Below, piece by piece: positions 59,278 to 64,000 of a stretch of 64,000 nt of DNA. The notes under the pieces are model-generated. The model saw only the letters and a list, made by a program, of their open reading frames with translations. It did not search any database and had not been told where the DNA came from. The stretch lies in IMG/VR virus record IMGVR_UViG_3300023202_000247, positions 248,001 through 312,000 of that record; one strand, given 5' to 3'. How positions within the stretch are numbered: position 1 is the first letter of the stretch; the number at the start of each line of letters is the position of its first letter. Both the position numbers and the translations under genes were made by a program.

Positions 59278-60743
59278 TGAGCGATGAAATTGATTTGAGA
59301 ATATTCCGAACGATGATATCGGAGAGAAGCAAAGGGGTAGAGTTTGCTCTAACATATGATCATGACATGTTTTCTCCGGACTATCAACTCGTTGCAAAAA
59401 TGTGTATCGAGTATTTGAGAAAATATAGGGAAAGCCCTACTAAACGAACATTATCGGAATTTGCTGGAAGATCATATAAGCCGCGCATAGAGGAAGTTTG
59501 GGGAAAAGCAGAGGAAATTGATTATAGCGACAAAGAATTTGTATTCGATTTAAACAGACTCAAGTCCCGATATGAACAATTCATCATAAAAAAGATTTCG
59601 GATATAAGTGCTAACCCTGGAGAAAACGCAGAACGTGATATCAAGCTTTTGCTTCAAAAACTGAAAACTGTTAAAGATGGTCGCAAGTTTATTCAAAAAA
59701 CAGTTTCAGAAGGGTTGGACCAAGCTTCGCACGATTACGATCTCAAAAAGAAAAATCCGAAGTCAAACAAGAAAATACCTTGTGGCTTTTCGGCAATTGA
59801 CTTTGCCATGTCTGGCGGTCTTGCTCCGGGTGAGTTGTTTGTCGTTGGTGGAGAGACTGGTTCTGGTAAGTCCATGTTTCTGTTGAACATGGCAATTCAA
59901 ATATGGTTACAGGGAAACTCGATAGATACACCACCCGATGAAATGGTGGAGGGAAAGAATGTAACTTATTATAGTTTGGAAATGCCTTGGGAAGAATGTT
60001 TTGGAAGGCTCATTGCAAGATTGGCTCAAGTTCCAGAGGAAGATTATTCCAATGGTGATTTGAATATAGATCAAGAAATGCGCGTGGATAAAGCAAAGGC
60101 ATTTATTGAAAATTATCATTGGCAATTTGAAATTGTAGATATGCCACGAGGTATGACTCCTGATGAATTGGAATTGCGGCACGAGGATGCAAACTTGAAA
60201 TATGAGCCGCACGTCGTAGCTGTTGATTATCTGACCCTGATGAATTTGCCATCCAGCGAACAAGATTGGCTCAAAATGGGCACGTTGGCTGGAGCGTTGC
60301 ATGAATTTGCGCGCGCAAACAAGGTCATTGCCTTGAGTGGTGTTCAATTGAATGATGTTCAAAGAGGTGAAAAGAAAGATATCAAGAAAAAGGGAGAGAA
60401 GGGTGTGTTGGTTGGTGGTCATAGAATTGGACGTTCGAGTCAAATGCTTCACCATATCAACGCTTTCGTTCAAATAGAAACACGCCCTGATGAAGATATG
60501 TATGGAGATTTCAAATTTCACTACATCAAAAACCGTCGTGGTCCAAAACCACAGAACTGTACTTTGAAAAAGAATTTTACCAACAGTACTCTTACAGATA
60601 TTCCATATGTCTATAAAAAGCAAGAAACTAGCGATAATTCCGCATATAATGACGATCAAGATGATAATCTAAACAATGATATTTCTGAAAGTTTCAAAAA
60701 AGTAAAAGTAAAGATAGATAAAGATGAGCAAGAACCCGAATAA
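59277..60743 (+). CDS. dnaB: Replicative DNA helicase, DnaB family
   Basis: GGETGSGKS, YYSLEM, VDYLTLM, QLN and KNRRGP motifs. Confidence 0.9.
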   Translation: MSDEIDLRIFRTMISERSKGVEFALTYDHDMFSPDYQLVAKMCIEYLRKYRESPTKRTLSEFAGRSYKPRIEEVWGKAEEIDYSDKEFVFDLNRLKSRYEQFIIKKISDISANPGENAERDIKLLLQKLKTVKDGRKFIQKTVSEGLDQASHDYDLKKKNPKSNKKIPCGFSAIDFAMSGGLAPGELFVVGGETGSGKSMFLLNMAIQIWLQGNSIDTPPDEMVEGKNVTYYSLEMPWEECFGRLIARLAQVPEEDYSNGDLNIDQEMRVDKAKAFIENYHWQFEIVDMPRGMTPDELELRHEDANLKYEPHVVAVDYLTLMNLPSSEQDWLKMGTLAGALHEFARANKVIALSGVQLNDVQRGEKKDIKKKGEKGVLVGGHRIGRSSQMLHHINAFVQIETRPDEDMYGDFKFHYIKNRRGPKPQNCTLKKNFTNSTLTDIPYVYKKQETSDNSAYNDDQDDNLNNDISESFKKVKVKIDKDEQEPE

Positions 60744-60921
60744 CAAAGATGTTGCAGAAGCAATTAGGGTTGAAGTGAATGAGGAAACTGATGACATGTT
60801 CATAGTTTTTAAGGTTGTTGATAATCACTTCAAACAAAAAATACGAGATCACTGGTTGGATGATTCTATAGAGTTGAAAGTTACGGGAAGAAAAACTCTC
60901 GAAGAAATTGATTCTACCTAA
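60724..60921 (+). CDS. Small hypothetical protein
   Basis: 65-aa ORF filling the gap between dnaB and the next gene. Confidence 0.5.
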   Translation: MSKNPNNKDVAEAIRVEVNEETDDMFIVFKVVDNHFKQKIRDHWLDDSIELKVTGRKTLEEIDST

Positions 60922-60929
60922 GGAGAAAC

Positions 60930-61223
60930 ATGCCCATATACGAACACGGTTGTAGCAAATGCAATTATACATGGGAAGACATTTATAAAATGTCTGACCC
61001 AGTTCCATCCAAGTGTCCAAAGTGCAAGAAAAACAATTGTGTCAAAAGACTGATTTCTGATTGTATAGTAAAGGTTGAACTTTCTGGTCGAGAGTTATTC
61101 AACAAAAACTGGCAAGAAGGAAAAAAGATGCTTAGAGATGCACAAAAAGATGAAAATCTTGCAGCCAATTTAGTTGGTGAAGAAAAGTATCACAAACAAG
61201 AATTGGCAAAAAATAAAAAGTGA
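60930..61223 (+). CDS. FmdB-family zinc-ribbon protein
   Basis: MPIYEHGCSKC...KCPKC, preceded by an AAGGAG SD. Confidence 0.85.
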   Translation: MPIYEHGCSKCNYTWEDIYKMSDPVPSKCPKCKKNNCVKRLISDCIVKVELSGRELFNKNWQEGKKMLRDAQKDENLAANLVGEEKYHKQELAKNKK

Positions 61224-61375
61224 CGAACTCTGAGAGAGACAGAATTATCAATATATTGCGTGAGATTTTATTCGTTGATGATATCGAAATAAAAGATTGT
61301 GCAATAGAATCTCTCATAGATATGTTACAAGATTTGGAAACTAAGGATATGAATGAAAAGATTGACGGAGACTGA
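61220..61375 (+). CDS. Small acidic hypothetical protein (51 aa, not in ORF track)
   Basis: The GTG start overlaps the previous stop (GTGA). Reads MTNSERDRIINILREILFVDDIEIKDCAIESLIDMLQDLETKDMNEKIDGD. Confidence 0.45.
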   Translation: MTNSERDRIINILREILFVDDIEIKDCAIESLIDMLQDLETKDMNEKIDGD

Positions 61376-62027
61376 GGCGAATGAAATTCTACAGAAATTA
61401 GTTGATCTTCGCAATAAACGTGATAGCTGTAAACGTAAGACTTCCAATAAGTGGAAGTTGCTCAATGAACAATATACGAAATATGAAGGATATTGTTTAA
61501 AGAAGTTTGATTACTTGGTTGTAAGCAAAACAAAAAAATACTCTAGATTTGCTAATTATAAAGACTTACAACAGGATGGTCGGCTTGCATTGATGTTGGC
61601 ATTGAGAAGTTTCGATTTGGAAAAGGGAAGTTTCTTTTGGTGGGCGGAAAAATATATACAGACCAAAATCAGTCGAGAGGCCAATCGACACAGCACTATA
61701 AAGATCCCGATAAAGCAGACGAAAAATTTTCAACCGTTCAAAGTTAGCGATATGCCAGTCATCATAGATGATGAACCTGATGCTTTTGAAACAATTGAGA
61801 ATAATCAATTAAAAGAGTCTGTTAACAGGGCAATTGATAAGCTGCCAGAAGATCAAAGGCAAATTATCAAACTTAATGGCATAAAGTCATATTCGATAAG
61901 TAAAATTGCTCGAGAGATGAAAATTGCTCGTCCTACATGCATAAAATTGCTACAAGAAGCAAAACAAAATTTAAAGAACAACTTGGAAAATGCTCGCTAC
62001 TGCGAGATGGAAAACCAGAACATTTAA
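61353..62027 (+). CDS. RNA polymerase sigma-70-family factor
   Basis: Region 2 (DLQQDGRLALMLALRSFDLEKGSFFWWA) and region 4 HTH (LPEDQRQII...SISKIAREMKIAR). Confidence 0.88.
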   Translation: MKRLTETEANEILQKLVDLRNKRDSCKRKTSNKWKLLNEQYTKYEGYCLKKFDYLVVSKTKKYSRFANYKDLQQDGRLALMLALRSFDLEKGSFFWWAEKYIQTKISREANRHSTIKIPIKQTKNFQPFKVSDMPVIIDDEPDAFETIENNQLKESVNRAIDKLPEDQRQIIKLNGIKSYSISKIAREMKIARPTCIKLLQEAKQNLKNNLENARYCEMENQNI

Positions 62028-62039
62028 TAGGAGTTTAGT

Positions 62040-64000
62040 ATGGGAACCGATGACGCTCGCGATCCTGAGGGACAGGTGTCCCCAAATTATTCATACTCAG
62101 AGGCTTATAATGCTTCACTTGAATATTTTCATGGTAATGATTTAGCTGCAAAAGTTTTTGTTGATAAGTATGCGGTTCGTGATAAAAACGATCGGTTCGT
62201 AGAGAAAACTCCCGATGATATGCATTTGAGACTTGCGCAAGAATTTGCACGAGTCGATGAGAGCTATGGTATGGATTATGAAAAAAGTTTTAATGATACC
62301 TATAACGCTATCAAAAACTTTTCCAGAATAGTTCCACAAGGTTCTCCCATGGCTGCCGTGGGTAACTCTCATCAACTGATGAGTGCAAGTAATTGTGTTG
62401 TTGTAGAGAGTCCAGATGATAGTATTGCTGGAATTTTTCGTACAGCTACAGAACTTGCTCAGCTTTACAAAAGACGTTGCGGAGTTGGAACGGACATCAG
62501 CACTTTACGTCCTGATGGAATGCAGGTAAACAACGCAGCGCGCACAACCAGTGGTGCATGGAGCTTTGCCGATTTTTTTAGTTATGTAACTAGAATGATT
62601 GGGCAGTGTATTGCGAAGGGGGAGCGTGTCCTAACCAAAGATGGTCTAAAAGCTATTGAAGATGTATCTTCCCAGGATTCAGTTTGGACCAAAAAAGGAT
62701 GGGTGAGTGTCACTCGTTTGGTGAATAATGGAACGAAAAACATACTGAAGCTCCAGACCTCGGAAGGGTTCTCCATTCGAGCATCCAAAGATCATGTTTT
62801 CTTGACAGAAGATGACGGAACTCTTCTTGAGAAGAAGTTGGGTGATTTTGAACCAGGGGATTCAATCGTTTTGATTCCTGGTAACTTTATTACAAAGCCC
62901 AATCAGGAATTGATTCCACCAAAATATATAAAGAAGTTACATAACAATTCCAACAAACTTAATGAAGATGTATTTACACCTCTGAAGCTAAATGATGATT
63001 TAGCATATCTTCTCGGACAAATGTATGGTGATGGTAGTGTTGAATATGATAAGTTTGGAGAACCAACTGTTATTTCAATTGCTTGTTCTCATGGTCACCC
63101 TCTGATTAGAGAGAAGGTGTGTAATATAGTCAGGTCTTTGTTTGGGTATGAACCGGTCGTAAAACCCGGCGATGGCGCAGTAGATAAGGTTGAAATTCAT
63201 AGCAAGGTAATCTGTCATTGGTTACAGCTCAATGGAATCCTAAAGAGTCTTTCTAGTGATATTCGCGTGCCATCTAGTATTATCTCTAGCCCATCATCTG
63301 TTCAGATGTCTTTTTTGGCTGGGTTTTTTGATGCAGATGGTACAAATGGAAGGTCTAAGAAGGGGTATGCTTTTAATACTACCTCATTGCCTTTTGCACG
63401 TGATCTGCAAGTTCTGTTAATGGCAAACGGGATTGTTAGTAAGCGACATGAAGAAGACAGATCCCATAACGGTTGGAAGACGCTTTATTCAGTTATGGTT
63501 ACCGGAACACATGCGCAAGAAGAGTTAATTCAACATCTTGAAGGTGGAGTATTTGGAGCTGTAAAGATATACGAGAAGTTTATTTCCAAGCGGGATAACT
63601 GCCTCACACCTTACAAGGCCAAAACACTTGGAGTTAGTCACAATAAGTATTCTTATATCCCGGATAACTCACAATATGTATCAGCTAGCGCATACAATAA
63701 GTTGAAAAAAGCGGAAGAGAACTGTGCAAATGATGAGTTGTTAATAACTGCTTCGATTCAATCAATTGTTGAGGATGGAGAAGAGGAGACGTTTGATCTT
63801 GTGCTTCCAGAAGAGCATCTCTTCTGGTGCGAAGGATTTTATGTTCATAACAGCGGCAGGCGTGGCGCTCTCATGATCACTATGGATGTACATCATCCAG
63901 ACATTGTCAAGTTTTCAACCATGAAACAAGACTTGACGAAAGTTACCGGCGCAAATGTTTCAGTTCGCTTGAGTAACGAATTCTTACAGGCTGTAGAAAA
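62040..64000 (+). CDS. nrdJ: Ribonucleotide reductase large subunit, probably class II (B12-dependent), intein-containing, 3'-truncated by window edge
   Basis: Frame open from ATG 62040 (after TAGGAG) to the window end. Motifs: KVFVDKYA, IVPQGSPM, SNCVVV, GVGTDISTLRP, Q/SGRRGALM, HPDI and VTGANVSV. No ATP-cone. Confidence 0.88.
   Translation, partial: MGTDDARDPEGQVSPNYSYSEAYNASLEYFHGNDLAAKVFVDKYAVRDKNDRFVEKTPDDMHLRLAQEFARVDESYGMDYEKSFNDTYNAIKNFSRIVPQGSPMAAVGNSHQLMSASNCVVVESPDDSIAGIFRTATELAQLYKRRCGVGTDISTLRPDGMQVNNAARTTSGAWSFADFFSYVTRMIGQCIAKGERVLTKDGLKAIEDVSSQDSVWTKKGWVSVTRLVNNGTKNILKLQTSEGFSIRASKDHVFLTEDDGTLLEKKLGDFEPGDSIVLIPGNFITKPNQELIPPKYIKKLHNNSNKLNEDVFTPLKLNDDLAYLLGQMYGDGSVEYDKFGEPTVISIACSHGHPLIREKVCNIVRSLFGYEPVVKPGDGAVDKVEIHSKVICHWLQLNGILKSLSSDIRVPSSIISSPSSVQMSFLAGFFDADGTNGRSKKGYAFNTTSLPFARDLQVLLMANGIVSKRHEEDRSHNGWKTLYSVMVTGTHAQEELIQHLEGGVFGAVKIYEKFISKRDNCLTPYKAKTLGVSHNKYSYIPDNSQYVSASAYNKLKKAEENCANDELLITASIQSIVEDGEEETFDLVLPEEHLFWCEGFYVHNSGRRGALMITMDVHHPDIVKFSTMKQDLTKVTGANVSVRLSNEFLQAVE
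62607..63851 (+). mobile_element. Intein with LAGLIDADG homing endonuclease (415 aa)
   Basis: Starts CIAKGERVLT after ...MIGQ. Block B SKDH, LAGLIDADG motifs LLGQMYGDG and FLAGFFDADG. Ends FYVHN followed by a Ser nucleophile (SGRRGA). I translated it by hand and found no stop. Confidence 0.95.

Noticed and set aside
59907-60659. 250-aa antisense ORF inside dnaB, and the many other short opposite-strand ORFs in the track
   Set aside because: They lie wholly within well-supported genes and have no recognisable motifs, so they are treated as shadow ORFs.
1-64000. Stop-codon reassignment (TAG or TGA recoding) as in some large phages
   Set aside because: Code 11 gives near-complete coding density, and TAA, TAG and TGA all end recognisable proteins at sensible points. 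Reading through TAG 40636 does not restore the glycosyltransferase frame.
1-64000. CRISPR arrays, tRNAs, rRNAs or large ncRNAs
   Set aside because: The largest intergenic gap is under 80 bp, and I saw no repeat-spacer array or cloverleaf.

Overview
A 64 kb, gene-dense segment of a large tailed phage with a contractile tail (jumbo myovirus-like), read in the standard code and mostly on the + strand. It has three blocks. (1) 1-30406 is a tail and baseplate module: sheath C-terminus, tube, assembly chaperones with a likely frameshift fusion, tape measure, hub, spike, gp25, baseplate J, a 2226-aa LamG-domain protein and a dockerin-bearing protein, interrupted by an HNH endonuclease. A 2H phosphoesterase follows at 30406-30966. 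(2) About 31-54.7 kb is a ~24 kb glycan-building locus: about nine glycosyltransferases (including GT10 and GT11 fucosyltransferases), Gmd/Fcl, RfbB, a DegT aminotransferase, WbqC, an acyltransferase, a methyltransferase, a PhyH dioxygenase and two sulfotransferase-like proteins. No flippase, polymerase or lipid-carrier transferase is recognisable in it. (3) 54.7-64 kb holds a tubulin/FtsZ-family GTPase followed by an SF2 helicase, a DnaC-like loader, DnaB, a sigma factor and a ribonucleotide reductase. The reductase is missing from the ORF track and carries a 415-aa LAGLIDADG intein. A recurring TGnTATAT(A/T) element 7-8 nt before several start codons suggests leaderless transcription, and one copy looks bidirectional. 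Functional calls come from motif recognition by eye; no database searches were run.
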